Assembly: GCA_963778655.1 (NCBI GenBank)
Contig: CAVZVA010000003.1
Location: forward strand, 544,001 to 608,000
Source: an uncultured delta proteobacterium
Lineage (GTDB): Bacteria > Myxococcota_A > Polyangia > Polyangiales > JAFGIB01
DNA length: 64,000 nt
Reading direction: 5' to 3'
The position numbers and the translations under genes are program-made. The notes below the pieces were generated by a model. The model was not told the origin of the DNA and ran no database searches. It saw only the letters and a program-made list of their open reading frames with translations. Shown here piece by piece: positions 13,165 to 22,180 of this stretch. Every line of letters begins with the position of its first letter. Positions within the stretch are counted from its first letter, which is position 1.

Positions 13165-13190
13165 GCCCACGGGGCCATTCGAAGAATACA

Positions 13191-13239
13191 ACAGGAAGGC
13201 GGGAAGCACGGACAGAGCCGGTTCTTCCCGTCTTCCTGT
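13191..13239. repeat. Palindromic REP-like element, family A
   Basis: ACAGGAAGGCGGGAAG...CTTCCCGTCTTCCTGT, between convergent genes. Confidence 0.8.
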
Positions 13240-13268
13240 CAATCTCCGGGCAGCGCTCAGCAGACGGC

Positions 13269-14327
13269 TCACTCGAAGAACAGCACCTCGCGCTCGCCGT
13301 GCAGCGCGACCAGCGATTCGATGTGCGAGAGCAAGGTCTGGCGGCGATCGAATAGATCGGCGATCTGGCGCTCGCTGAGCAGGCGCGGCCCTTCCGGATC
13401 CTCGGCCAGCTCGCGCTGCAGGCATTGGCGGCTGAAGCTCCGCAACTTCAGGTAGAACGCGCGCGAGAAGCGCTCGCAGCGCAGCACATACCCCAGCAGC
13501 TTGCGGTGCAGCGCCTCGCCCATCGGCTCCGGAAACGCCTGGTCGTGGTCGCGCACGTAGACGAAGCGGCCCTGCGCGTCGCCCGCCACGTTGTCGCCGC
13601 TCCAGCGGTCGAAGTTGCCGATCAGGTAGTCGAACGCGAGCATGCGGCTGAGTGAGGCGGCAAGGCTACGCCGGGCCTCGGGCAGATCGCCGCCCACCCG
13701 TAGCCATTGTGCCGCTTTGCGCAGACCACTCTGCTTGTCCACCCCGACGTCCGCGAGCTCGGGGATCCAGTAGATCGCGGCCCCCAGCACCGCCCCGCCG
13801 TCGCCCACGCGCATGCGCTTCTCGATCTCGGGCCAACGCGTTTCATAGCGCGGCTCGAGCCGGGCGCGCAGCACCTCGAGCGCGATGCGGCGCGAGATCG
13901 CGGGCGGCACGTCGTCGAGGCCGAGACAGCGCGACACGCGATAGGCGGCGACCTCCGAGGCAGGCCCGTGCGGGCGGTGGGCGGTGGGCGCCTTGAAGGC
14001 GGCGTCGACCGTGCCCTTGAGGCGCGCGTGAAAGACCGTCGAGGTCGAGCCCACCGGCTTGAACGACAGCGGCTCGGCGCTGGCGAGCGCGCGCAGCAGG
14101 TCGTCCTGCAGCAGCTCGGTACCGGCGAAGCGCAAGGGCGGTGCGGCCGGTGCGGGCGCGGGCGCCTGCGCGGCCGGGGCCGCGACGGGCGGGGCCGGCT
14201 GCGGGGCCGGAGCGGAGGGCGCGGGCTCGCGGTGCGTGGCGGCCCCGGACGGGTCGCAGCCGGAGGCCAGCCCGCAGCCCCACAGCGCGATCAACAGCGC
14301 GACGGCTCTCGGTGTTGCGCGGAGCAC
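13269..14327 (-). CDS. Predicted lipoprotein with Fam20C/Four-jointed-like kinase domain
   Basis: Signal peptide and lipobox-like LASGC, Pro/Ala linker, AAFKAP, SEVAAYRVSRCLGLDDVPP, FDYLIGNFDR, YVRDHDQAF. Confidence 0.72.
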   Translation of the reverse strand: MLRATPRAVALLIALWGCGLASGCDPSGAATHREPAPSAPAPQPAPPVAAPAAQAPAPAPAAPPLRFAGTELLQDDLLRALASAEPLSFKPVGSTSTVFHARLKGTVDAAFKAPTAHRPHGPASEVAAYRVSRCLGLDDVPPAISRRIALEVLRARLEPRYETRWPEIEKRMRVGDGGAVLGAAIYWIPELADVGVDKQSGLRKAAQWLRVGGDLPEARRSLAASLSRMLAFDYLIGNFDRWSGDNVAGDAQGRFVYVRDHDQAFPEPMGEALHRKLLGYVLRCERFSRAFYLKLRSFSRQCLQRELAEDPEGPRLLSERQIADLFDRRQTLLSHIESLVALHGEREVLFFE

Positions 14328-14395
14328 GACGGCGCGATCATGCCAAAACCGCGGCCGCACCGAAAGCGCGAGGCGACGCGCGCAAAGCACGCGGC

Positions 14396-14524
14396 TCAGC
14401 GACGTTGTGCCTTGCGCTTGCGTTCGAGCTCGGCACGCGCGGCGCGCGCCCCCATCACGAAGCCGATCGAGATGCCGATCAGCAGCACGCCCGGGATGTA
14501 GAGCAGATGGGCGAGCGTAGGCAC
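14396..14524 (-). CDS. Small single-TM protein downstream of ccmD
   Basis: 42 aa (VPTLAHLLYIPGVLLIGISIGFVMGARAARAELERKRKAQRR); starts 5 nt after the ccmD stop. Confidence 0.6.
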   Translation of the reverse strand: MPTLAHLLYIPGVLLIGISIGFVMGARAARAELERKRKAQRR

Positions 14525-14529
14525 GATGG

Positions 14530-14895
14530 CTACCTCGGCGGCTCGGCGCCACTCGAGAGCGCCCGCCCGAGCCGCGCGAGCTCGCTCTGCGTGCGCTGCT
14601 GCAGGCGCACGAGCCTGATCAGGTAGAGCAGCACCAGCAGCCAGATCACACCGTACGCAGCGACCAGCAGCGGGCCGCCCGGCACGTGCTCCTTGGTCGC
14701 TCCCTGCACCGCCTGAAAGCTCTGGGCGCGCTCCTGCGCCGCGTCCTGCGGCGCGCCATCCTGCGCGCGTGCCGGCGCCGCCAGCCCGGCCACGGCCAGG
14801 CCTGCGGTGGCGGCGCACGCGGCCGCTGCCGCGACGCGAGCCGCAGCACGACGCGCGCGGGGCCGCCGCTGGCGGCCGGTTCTCGGGCTATCCAT
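14530..14895 (-). CDS. ccmD: CcmD family heme exporter protein with N-terminal extension
   Basis: LVAAYGVIWLLVLLYLIRLVRLQQR TM plus basic helix; TGATG overlap with the ccmC stop. Confidence 0.75.
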   Translation of the reverse strand: MDSPRTGRQRRPRARRAAARVAAAAACAATAGLAVAGLAAPARAQDGAPQDAAQERAQSFQAVQGATKEHVPGGPLLVAAYGVIWLLVLLYLIRLVRLQQRTQSELARLGRALSSGAEPPR

Positions 14896-15611
14896 CAGTC
14901 TTCCTCCAGCAGGCCGCGCTCGGCGGCCTCCAGCTCGAGCGCGGCCAGACCCTGGCGCATGCGCTCGGCCCGCGCGCGCACCCAGATCAGGGCGCCCGCC
15001 AGCAGCAGGATCAGCGCGAAGCCGAGCACGAGCGCAGGCTTCATCTCCGGGGCAATACCGCCGCCCTTGCCGGTGATCACGGTCGGGTGTGTTCCGCGCC
15101 AGCGCTGCACGCTGTACTTGATCACCGGAATGTCGAGCAGGCCGACCACGGCGAGGCCGGCGGCGAAGCGCTTCTCTACCTCGCCCAGCGTGCCGAACGA
15201 GCGCAGCACCAGATAGGCGAGAAAGATCATCGCCTCGAGCAGCGTGCTGGTCAGACGCGGATCCCAGGTCCAGAACACGCCCCAGGCCTTGTGCGCCCAG
15301 AGCGGCCCGCTGATCAACACGGCCAGGCAGAACAGCATGCCCACCTCGGCGGCGGCGATCGCCACCGCGTCCCAGCGGTCGTCGCGCTTGGCCAGGTACA
15401 CCGCGCTGCATACCGAGCAGGTAGCGAAAGCCACCTCCATCGCGATCGCGCACGGCACATGGAAGTAGAAGATCTTCTGCACGATGCCCATCTGGCGCTC
15501 GATCGGCGCTACGATGAAGATCGCGTAGAGGGCGGCCGGCACCAGCAGCACGCAGGCGCCGAGCAAGGCGAGCAGCGGCGTGGGCGTGCGGGATGCGTCG
15601 GCTTGGTCCAA
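14895..15611 (-). CDS. ccmC: Cytochrome c biogenesis heme exporter CcmC
   Basis: KIFYFHVP, WWD domain GPLWAHKAWGVFWTWDPRLT, SVQRWRGTHP. Confidence 0.93.
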   Translation of the reverse strand: MDQADASRTPTPLLALLGACVLLVPAALYAIFIVAPIERQMGIVQKIFYFHVPCAIAMEVAFATCSVCSAVYLAKRDDRWDAVAIAAAEVGMLFCLAVLISGPLWAHKAWGVFWTWDPRLTSTLLEAMIFLAYLVLRSFGTLGEVEKRFAAGLAVVGLLDIPVIKYSVQRWRGTHPTVITGKGGGIAPEMKPALVLGFALILLLAGALIWVRARAERMRQGLAALELEAAERGLLEED

Positions 15612-15681
15612 GATGGCCCCGGTGCTGGATGTACGGGCGGAGGGCAGCGCGCGCCGCCAGTCGCTGGCTGTTCTAGCCTCG

Positions 15682-16872
15682 ATGCGCACCTACCGCAACG
15701 CCCGCGAATCGCTCGCGCCGCCGCCCGAGAGCCTGCTCGAGCTGCTGGACGCGCTCGCTCGAGAGCGCCTCGGCGGCGACGACCTGCGCGGGGAGGCGCT
15801 GGCGCGCGCGGTGCAGCGCGTGAGCCGCGCGTACCTGCGGCAAGGCGCCGCACCGGCCGAGCTGAGCGGCGACCCGCGAGCGCTGTGCGCGCGGCTGAAG
15901 TTCTTCCTGCCGCGCGACTGGCCCAAGGTCACGGCGCCGCTCGCCGAGCTGGCGGCGACCGGCGCGCTGCCGGCAGCCCCGAGCTTGCGCGTGCTCGACC
16001 TCGGCGCGGGGCTGCTCGCGACCGGTCTGGCCGCGGCGCGCTTCGCGCTCGATGCGGGTGCCGCGCGGGTACGCATCGACGCCGTGGAGCGCGACGGCCG
16101 TGCCCTCGAGCTGGGCACGGAGCTGGGGCAGCGTCTGGCGCGGGCCGAGCGGCTCGCACTCGAGCTGCGCCCGCGCCAGGCCGCGCTGACGCCGGGATTG
16201 CTGCAGCGACTCGACCCCCCCTACGATTTGATCCTGCTCGGCTTCGTGCTCAACGAGCTGGCCCAGGGCGAGCCCGACCCGGCCGCACAGCATGCGGGCT
16301 GGCTGACGCGCCTCGCGCCGCTGCTGAGCGACGACGGCGCGATCGTGGTGCTGGAGCCCGCGCTACGCGCCCACAGCCGCGCCCTGCAGCAAGCGCGAGG
16401 CCTGCTCGCGAGCGCCGCCGGACCGCCCTTCGTGTTCGCGCCGTGCCTGCATCGCGAGGCCTGCCCGCTGCTCGCGCGCGAGCGCGACTGGTGCCACGAG
16501 CAGCTGGCCCTGCCGCTGCCAGCCCCGGTCGCGCAGCTGGCGCGCGCGGCCGGCCTGCGCGGCAGCGATCTCACCTTCAGCTATCTCACGCTGCACCACC
16601 AGCCCCGCTCGCTGGCCGAGCTCGGCGCAGGCGCGCGGCTGCTGCGGATGGTCAGCTCGCCGCTGCCCACCAAGGGCAAGCTCGAGCTGATGGTGTGCGG
16701 GGCCGGCCCGGCGCGCCGCCTGCGCCGCCTGGACCGGGCGCGCAGCGAGGCCAATCAGGCGCTCGAGGCCGCGGCGCGCGGGACGCTGCTGGCGCTCGAC
16801 GGCGAGGCAGGCAGGGACGGCGAGGAAGTCGCCGAAATCGGGCGCCAGACGCACGTCGAGCGCGTGCTTTGA
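15682..16872 (+). CDS. Rsm22/METTL17-family SAM-dependent methyltransferase
   Basis: VLDLGAG, YDLILLGFVLNEL, VLEPA, APCLHREACPL..DWCH, FSYL. Confidence 0.8.
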   Translation: MRTYRNARESLAPPPESLLELLDALARERLGGDDLRGEALARAVQRVSRAYLRQGAAPAELSGDPRALCARLKFFLPRDWPKVTAPLAELAATGALPAAPSLRVLDLGAGLLATGLAAARFALDAGAARVRIDAVERDGRALELGTELGQRLARAERLALELRPRQAALTPGLLQRLDPPYDLILLGFVLNELAQGEPDPAAQHAGWLTRLAPLLSDDGAIVVLEPALRAHSRALQQARGLLASAAGPPFVFAPCLHREACPLLARERDWCHEQLALPLPAPVAQLARAAGLRGSDLTFSYLTLHHQPRSLAELGAGARLLRMVSSPLPTKGKLELMVCGAGPARRLRRLDRARSEANQALEAAARGTLLALDGEAGRDGEEVAEIGRQTHVERVL

Positions 16873-16954
16873 GCCACGCGCCCGGCGGCGGCGGCCGCGG
16901 CCAGCGCGAACGCGTGGGCCAGCGCGACGGTCTGTGCTAAAGGCGAGGCCGGAA

Positions 16955-17905
16955 ATGGCCTTCCAGCTCAGCGATCTGCGTTTCGTGGTCGTCGTCGGCA
17001 AGGGCGGCGTGGGCAAGTCGGCGGTCAGTGCCGCGCTGGCGCTCTCGCTCGCGGGCCAGGGCCGCCGCACGCTGGTCGCGATGTGCAACGCCAAGGAGCG
17101 CCTCAGCCACCTGCTCGAGGTGAAGCCGATCGGCCCGCAGATCCAGCCGATCGCGCCGGGCATCGACGCCGTCAACATGGAGCCGGGCGCTGCGCTGGAA
17201 GAGTACGGCATGATGGTGCTCAAGCTGCGCGCGCTCTACAAGCTGATCTTCGAGAACCGCTTGGTCGCGGGATTCCTGCGCGGGACGCCCGGGATCGAAG
17301 CCTGGGCGATGCTGGGCAAGGCGCAGTTTCACGCCTTCGAGCGGCTGCCCGACGGGCGGCCGCGCTACGACACCGTGATCGTGGACGCCCCGGCCACCGG
17401 CCACGGGCTGGAGCTGCTGCGCGTGCCCAAAGTGATCATGGACGTGGTGCCGCCCGGCCTGCTGCGCCGCGAAGCAGAGCGCGCCTGGGACCTGTTCACC
17501 GATCCGGCGCGCGCCGGCGTGCTGATCGTCAGCACGCCCGAGGACTTGCCCACCAACGAGGCGAGCGATCTGTATCGCGCGCTGCGCGAGGAGCTGGGCC
17601 TGCCGGTTTGCGGGCTCGCGGTCAACATGGTGCTGCCGCGGCTGTTCTCGCCCGAGCAGGCCGGAGCGCTGAGCGCGCTGCAACGGCGCGTGGAGGCGGG
17701 CTCGCCGTGGCATCCGTGGGTGGCGGCGAGCCACGGCCGGCTGCTGCACGAGCGCGCGCAGGCCGAGCACCTCGCGCGCCTGCGCCAGAGCATTCCGGTC
17801 CCGAGCTACGAGCTGCCGATGCTGTTCAGCCGCGACCTGCGCCGCGCCGAGGTCGAGCAGCTCGCAGACCACCTGCAGGCGCCGGTCGACGACCGAGGAT
17901 CTTGA
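16955..17905 (+). CDS. ArsA/GET3-related P-loop ATPase
   Basis: GKGGVGKS, PGIEAWAMLGK, VDAPATGH, PEDLPTNE, AVN. Confidence 0.88.
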   Translation: MAFQLSDLRFVVVVGKGGVGKSAVSAALALSLAGQGRRTLVAMCNAKERLSHLLEVKPIGPQIQPIAPGIDAVNMEPGAALEEYGMMVLKLRALYKLIFENRLVAGFLRGTPGIEAWAMLGKAQFHAFERLPDGRPRYDTVIVDAPATGHGLELLRVPKVIMDVVPPGLLRREAERAWDLFTDPARAGVLIVSTPEDLPTNEASDLYRALREELGLPVCGLAVNMVLPRLFSPEQAGALSALQRRVEAGSPWHPWVAASHGRLLHERAQAEHLARLRQSIPVPSYELPMLFSRDLRRAEVEQLADHLQAPVDDRGS

Positions 17906-17912
17906 TTCAGAC

Positions 17913-17980
17913 AACGGGAAGACACGAAGACGGGAAGCCCACAACGGGTGTTCCTCTTCGCGTCTTCCCGTCTTCCTGTT
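17913..17980. repeat. Palindromic REP-like element, family A
   Basis: AACGGGAAGACACGAAGACGGGAAG...CTTCGCGTCTTCCCGTCTTCCTGTT, between convergent genes. Confidence 0.8.
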
Positions 17981-17995
17981 GCATCTTCCTGCCCG

Positions 17996-18541
17996 TTAGC
18001 GGCGCATCTTGGTGGCGTTGAGCGTCGTGACGTAGGTGCCGTGCGGCCAGTGGCGGTAGTAGTCGGCCTTCAGGATCGGGCCGCCGCGGTCGTCGTAGTC
18101 GGTGGTTACGTGGCCGTAGACCTTGAGCAGCGAGCCCGCGTACACGCGATCGCGACCCTCACGGTCTTCGGGCCGCAGCTGCAGCAGCGCGCTGAACGGG
18201 CCGCCCGCTTTCTCGGAGATGGTGACGCGGCACGAGCTGTCGAACTGGTCGGTGCAGAGGTGGCGCGCCTGGTGGAAGTGCAGCGTCAACGCCACCTTGA
18301 CCTGGCCGTCCGCGCCAGTCTTCTGCACGTCGTCGACCACCCCGAACCACGCGATCAGCTCCTGCTGATGGCCGGCAGGGTCGCGCCGCACGTCCTCGTA
18401 GCTCTGGTCGAGGCCCTTCTCCAGGTAGGGCTCCTCGGCCGAGAGCGGGACGTACTGCGGCGCGTATCCGTAGGGATTGCTGGCGCAGGCGCACAGCAGC
18501 AGCGGCAGCGCGATCGACGCGGTCAGGAGCAGGCGGCGCAT
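17996..18541 (-). CDS. Lipoprotein, Slp-like
   Basis: MRRLLL..LLLCAC lipobox; SYEDVRRDP..IAWFGVV and LLKVYGHV patterns. Confidence 0.7.
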   Translation of the reverse strand: MRRLLLTASIALPLLLCACASNPYGYAPQYVPLSAEEPYLEKGLDQSYEDVRRDPAGHQQELIAWFGVVDDVQKTGADGQVKVALTLHFHQARHLCTDQFDSSCRVTISEKAGGPFSALLQLRPEDREGRDRVYAGSLLKVYGHVTTDYDDRGGPILKADYYRHWPHGTYVTTLNATKMRR

Positions 18542-18616
18542 GGCAGCGAGTTGTACAGCGTCGCGGCGCGCTTTTCGAGGGGGGCCGCGGTGGGGGTCAG
18601 CCGGGTCGAGCAGATT

Positions 18617-18668
18617 CACGGCAAGACGGGAAGAGCAAATTACATCCCGATTTCCCGCCTTGCGGTTG
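18617..18668. repeat. Palindromic REP-like element, family A (degenerate)
   Basis: GCAAGACGGGAA...TTCCCGCCTTGC. Confidence 0.65.
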
Positions 18669-18701
18669 AGCTCGAACGGGCGTGCTGTCAGACGAACGAG
18701 C

Positions 18702-19814
18702 TCAGGCGTGGCGCAGCGAGTCCGCGTCCGGTGACGCCGCGGTTTCGGACGCGCGCGGCTCCTCGAGCAGGCTCTCGGGCGCGCGCACGAAGCGCTCGAG
18801 CTCAGCCGCCACCCGCCGCAGGTAGACCTGCTTGATGTGGAAGGGCAGAAAGGCCGACTTGAAGCCGTTCAGGATGATGCGCGCGATGTCGCGCGGCTCG
18901 AGCCCCATCTGGCTGTGGCACAGCCACAGCTCCCGGCTGGCGGTGGTGTCGGTGATCAAGCGGTTGTCGGTGTTGACCGTGACCCGCACGCCGAGGTCGT
19001 TGTAGAGCTTGAGCGGATGGGTGGACAGCGAGGGCACCGCGCCTGTCTGCACGTTGGACGAGGGGCAGATCTCGAGCGGGATGCGGTGATCGATGATGTA
19101 GTGCAGCAGGTCGCCGTCTTCACGCAGCCGGCAGCCGTGGCCGATGCGATGCGCCCCGCAGACGTGGAGCGCCTGCGCGATCGATTCCGGACCGAAGGCC
19201 TCGCCGGCGTGAATGGTGCACGCGATGTTGTTGTTACGGATGAGCTGAAAGGCGTCCTTGTGGTGCTTGGCCGGGTGGTCGTACTCGGCGCCGGCCAGAT
19301 CGAAGCCGACCACGCCGCGGTTCTTGTACGCCACCGCCAGGCGCGCCATGTCCAGCGACGATTCGGGCGAGATGTTGCGAATCCCGCAAATGATGACGTT
19401 GGATTCGATGCCGTGGTCCTGGTAGGCCTGGCGCAGGCCGGCCAGCACGGCCTCCACCACCGCAACGACCCGCAGGCCCTTACGCACGTGGAGCATGGGC
19501 GAGTAGCGCACCTCCATGTAGCGCACATTCTCGGCTGCGGCGTCCTCGGCCAGCTCGTGCGCGATGCGGTACAGCGCGTCCTCGGTCTGCATCACCGAGA
19601 GCGTGATCTCGAAGGCCTTGAGATACTCGAGCAGCGAGCCGGTGTTCTCGCCGCAGTGCATCGCGCGCCGCAGGCCCTCGGGCGTGTCGGCCGGAAGCCG
19701 CACGCCCTGCTGCTCGGCCAGCTCGAGCATGGTCGGCAGCCGCAGCGATCCGTCCAGGTGTACGTGCAGGTCGGTCTTTGGCAACCGCTGGAATACCGCC
19801 AGAGGGAGCGTCAT
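18702..19814 (-). CDS. add: Adenosine deaminase
   Basis: LPKTDLHVHLDGS, GFDLAGAE, TIHAGE, RIGHG, EICPSSN, VNTDN. Confidence 0.95.
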   Translation of the reverse strand: MTLPLAVFQRLPKTDLHVHLDGSLRLPTMLELAEQQGVRLPADTPEGLRRAMHCGENTGSLLEYLKAFEITLSVMQTEDALYRIAHELAEDAAAENVRYMEVRYSPMLHVRKGLRVVAVVEAVLAGLRQAYQDHGIESNVIICGIRNISPESSLDMARLAVAYKNRGVVGFDLAGAEYDHPAKHHKDAFQLIRNNNIACTIHAGEAFGPESIAQALHVCGAHRIGHGCRLREDGDLLHYIIDHRIPLEICPSSNVQTGAVPSLSTHPLKLYNDLGVRVTVNTDNRLITDTTASRELWLCHSQMGLEPRDIARIILNGFKSAFLPFHIKQVYLRRVAAELERFVRAPESLLEEPRASETAASPDADSLRHA

Positions 19815-19840
19815 CTACCGAGCATAGCGCGCAGGCGCGC

Positions 19841-20731
19841 TCAGCGCTCCAAGGGCCCGAATCCCAGCTTCTGCAGTACCTCGTCGAGCTGCGCCGGCGC
19901 CACGCTGACTACGGTCGGCATCCCGCCCTCGAGCCCCAGCAGCTGCAGCAGATCGACGCCGCTGTCGAAGCGCGCCGCAAGCGTGACCGTGGAGGCATCG
20001 CAGACGACCGAGACGCGGGCGCGTTCCTGTCCGAGCATCAGCAGTAGGGTCTTGTCGTACGGCGGCGCGTCCTCAGGCACGCGTACGAATGCCACTTCGC
20101 CGCGCACCTCGAAGTCGGCGGCCACGCGGCGCGCCACCTCCTCGCGCGGACGCAGCTCCTCGGCCGCGCGCTCGATCGCGCGAAACATCTCGCGGTCCCT
20201 CCCGCCCTCGGCCAGGAAACGCACGATCAATCCCCGCAAGCCGTCGTCACGCGGCCGCGCTCGCAGCGCGCGATCGATGACCAGCGCGCGGTCGCTCGGC
20301 TTGCCCAAGCGGGTGTCGATCGCACGGGCGTCGTCGTCCGCGCCCGGATAGGGCTCGACGCCGCCGCGGATCCACTTGGCTGCGGAACACAGGCCGTCGA
20401 AGTCGGTGTGGCAGCAGATCGTGTCCACCTGGCCGGTGCCCTGCACCAGCTCGGGGGTGACCATCTCGGGGCACGCACCATGCTCGGCCTTGGTGCTCAA
20501 CACGAAACGGCGGTCGCCAACGTGGCGCGCGTGCATGACATGATCGTGATGGTCGATCCAGATCGCGAGCCGCGCGCCCAGCCCCGCGATGAAAGGCGCG
20601 GTGACCTTATCGTAAGTCGCACCGCCGGCGCCGGCCGCGAACGCGATGTCGAGCACAGCCACCCGCCCGACGAGCTCGCGCGGTCGGGGCAGCTTGCGGG
20701 GCGTCCCGAACGCGATGCGGGGCATGCTCAT
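19841..20731 (-). CDS. DHH-like phosphoesterase with unusual motif order
   Basis: VLDIAF, WIDHHDH, CHTDFDGL, AIDTR, C-terminal GG motif. Confidence 0.65.
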   Translation of the reverse strand: MSMPRIAFGTPRKLPRPRELVGRVAVLDIAFAAGAGGATYDKVTAPFIAGLGARLAIWIDHHDHVMHARHVGDRRFVLSTKAEHGACPEMVTPELVQGTGQVDTICCHTDFDGLCSAAKWIRGGVEPYPGADDDARAIDTRLGKPSDRALVIDRALRARPRDDGLRGLIVRFLAEGGRDREMFRAIERAAEELRPREEVARRVAADFEVRGEVAFVRVPEDAPPYDKTLLLMLGQERARVSVVCDASTVTLAARFDSGVDLLQLLGLEGGMPTVVSVAPAQLDEVLQKLGFGPLER

Positions 20732-20830
20732 GGCGTCCGTACCTTGGGCGCGCCGCCCCTCCGGCGCAAGCCTGCGGTCATGCTGCTGCCCCGGCGCACG
20801 CCGCGTGCGAGCGCGGCTGGGAGGCTGCGG

Positions 20831-22180
20831 TCAAGGGTGCGCGGCCTTGGCGCTCGGCGCGTGCGCCGCCGGCGACGGCGCGTGCGGCAGCTTGGGATGC
20901 GGCGCCACGGTCGGATGCGGCGCGCCGCCTGCTGCCGGCGTCGACCCGCTGGCCGCGGGCGCGCTGCTCTCGGGCGCGGTCGACTGCATGGGGGCGGCCT
21001 CGGTCGTGTCCTCGGCGCCGACCACCATCGCGAGGTCCTCGTCGATCTGCTTGGCCAGCGAATCGTACATCGTGACCCAGCGGTGCGTGGCCTCGGTACG
21101 CGCGTAGTAGAACCCGCCCTGCCCGGTATCGACGCGCACAAGCTCGAGCGAGCCCTTCTTCTTGCCCTCGAGCTTGTACTCGAGCGTCATCACCGGCACG
21201 GCCGCGGTGGCATCGATCTTCAGGTCGCTGCCCGGTTCCTTGCCCTCGTCGAGGAAGGTCCGCACGCGCAGGCGCTCGAGCCGCTGAAACCAGTTGCCGA
21301 ACAGCTCGTTGCGCTTGTCGGGCGCCGCCGCGTCGACCCAGCGCGCGTCCTCGGGGTTGAGGCGGTTGCGGTGCAACAGCCGCCGCTCCTTGCCGTCGGC
21401 CTTGACCACGACCTCGTCGATCTCGGTCAGGGGGAAGTTGTGCAGGTCGGTCTGCATGAACTTGAACTGCGCCGACTGCAGATCGATCAGCAGCTGGCCG
21501 TTGAGCAGATACACCTGCTTGGTGTGCGGGTCGCGCACGTAGGCATCGGCCAGGCCATAGGTGCGGCCGCCGACGTCGAGCGCCAGCTTCTTGCCGCCGC
21601 AGGTCACGCGCAGATAAGTGCCGACCTTGTCGAAGCCGAAGTCGGGCAGCTTCTTCTTGGGCACCTCGCCGATGCCGCGCATCGCGCGCAGCGGCGCCAG
21701 CGACTTGAGCGTGTCGTCGAACTTCTTGTTGGCCAGAAAGGTCACCGGCGCATTGGGGTCGTAGGGCCGCGCGACCTTCGGCTTCTCGGGCGGCTTGGCG
21801 GCCTCGCCGGCCTTCGCCTGCTCGGCGTTCTCGGTCTTGGCGTTCTTGCTCGCCGGTTGGACCGTTTCCTTGTTCTTGTCTTTGTCTTTGTCTTTGTCCT
21901 TGTCCGCGTCCGCCTTCGCGCTCTCGGGCTTCTTGGGCTCGATCAGCTTGCGCTGGCTGGTGATCCAGTACTCGGTGCCCTGCTTGCCCTTCTTCGCCTT
22001 GTACACGATCGTGTGGGTCGGGCTTTCGATCTCGATCTGCGACAGCTGCGGCTCAGCGCACTCGCTGATCGTCACCTGCCCGGGAGCCGCCGGCTCGTCC
22101 TTCTCCTCGTGCGTCCAGGTCCGGTACGCCACCAACAGCCCCAACAGGGCCAGCACTCCCTGCGCCATCACGGCTTTCAT
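20831..22180 (-). CDS. DUF4340 domain protein (ABC accessory)
   Basis: N-terminal TM, DFGFDK..LDVG..YVR..VYL pattern, ATGA overlap with the upstream GldG-like gene. Confidence 0.75.
   Translation of the reverse strand: MKAVMAQGVLALLGLLVAYRTWTHEEKDEPAAPGQVTISECAEPQLSQIEIESPTHTIVYKAKKGKQGTEYWITSQRKLIEPKKPESAKADADKDKDKDKDKNKETVQPASKNAKTENAEQAKAGEAAKPPEKPKVARPYDPNAPVTFLANKKFDDTLKSLAPLRAMRGIGEVPKKKLPDFGFDKVGTYLRVTCGGKKLALDVGGRTYGLADAYVRDPHTKQVYLLNGQLLIDLQSAQFKFMQTDLHNFPLTEIDEVVVKADGKERRLLHRNRLNPEDARWVDAAAPDKRNELFGNWFQRLERLRVRTFLDEGKEPGSDLKIDATAAVPVMTLEYKLEGKKKGSLELVRVDTGQGGFYYARTEATHRWVTMYDSLAKQIDEDLAMVVGAEDTTEAAPMQSTAPESSAPAASGSTPAAGGAPHPTVAPHPKLPHAPSPAAHAPSAKAAHP

Noticed and set aside
21868..21906. 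Hexamer repeat encoding DKDKDKDK
   Set aside because: In-frame low-complexity linker within the DUF4340 protein; length changes would not switch the frame.
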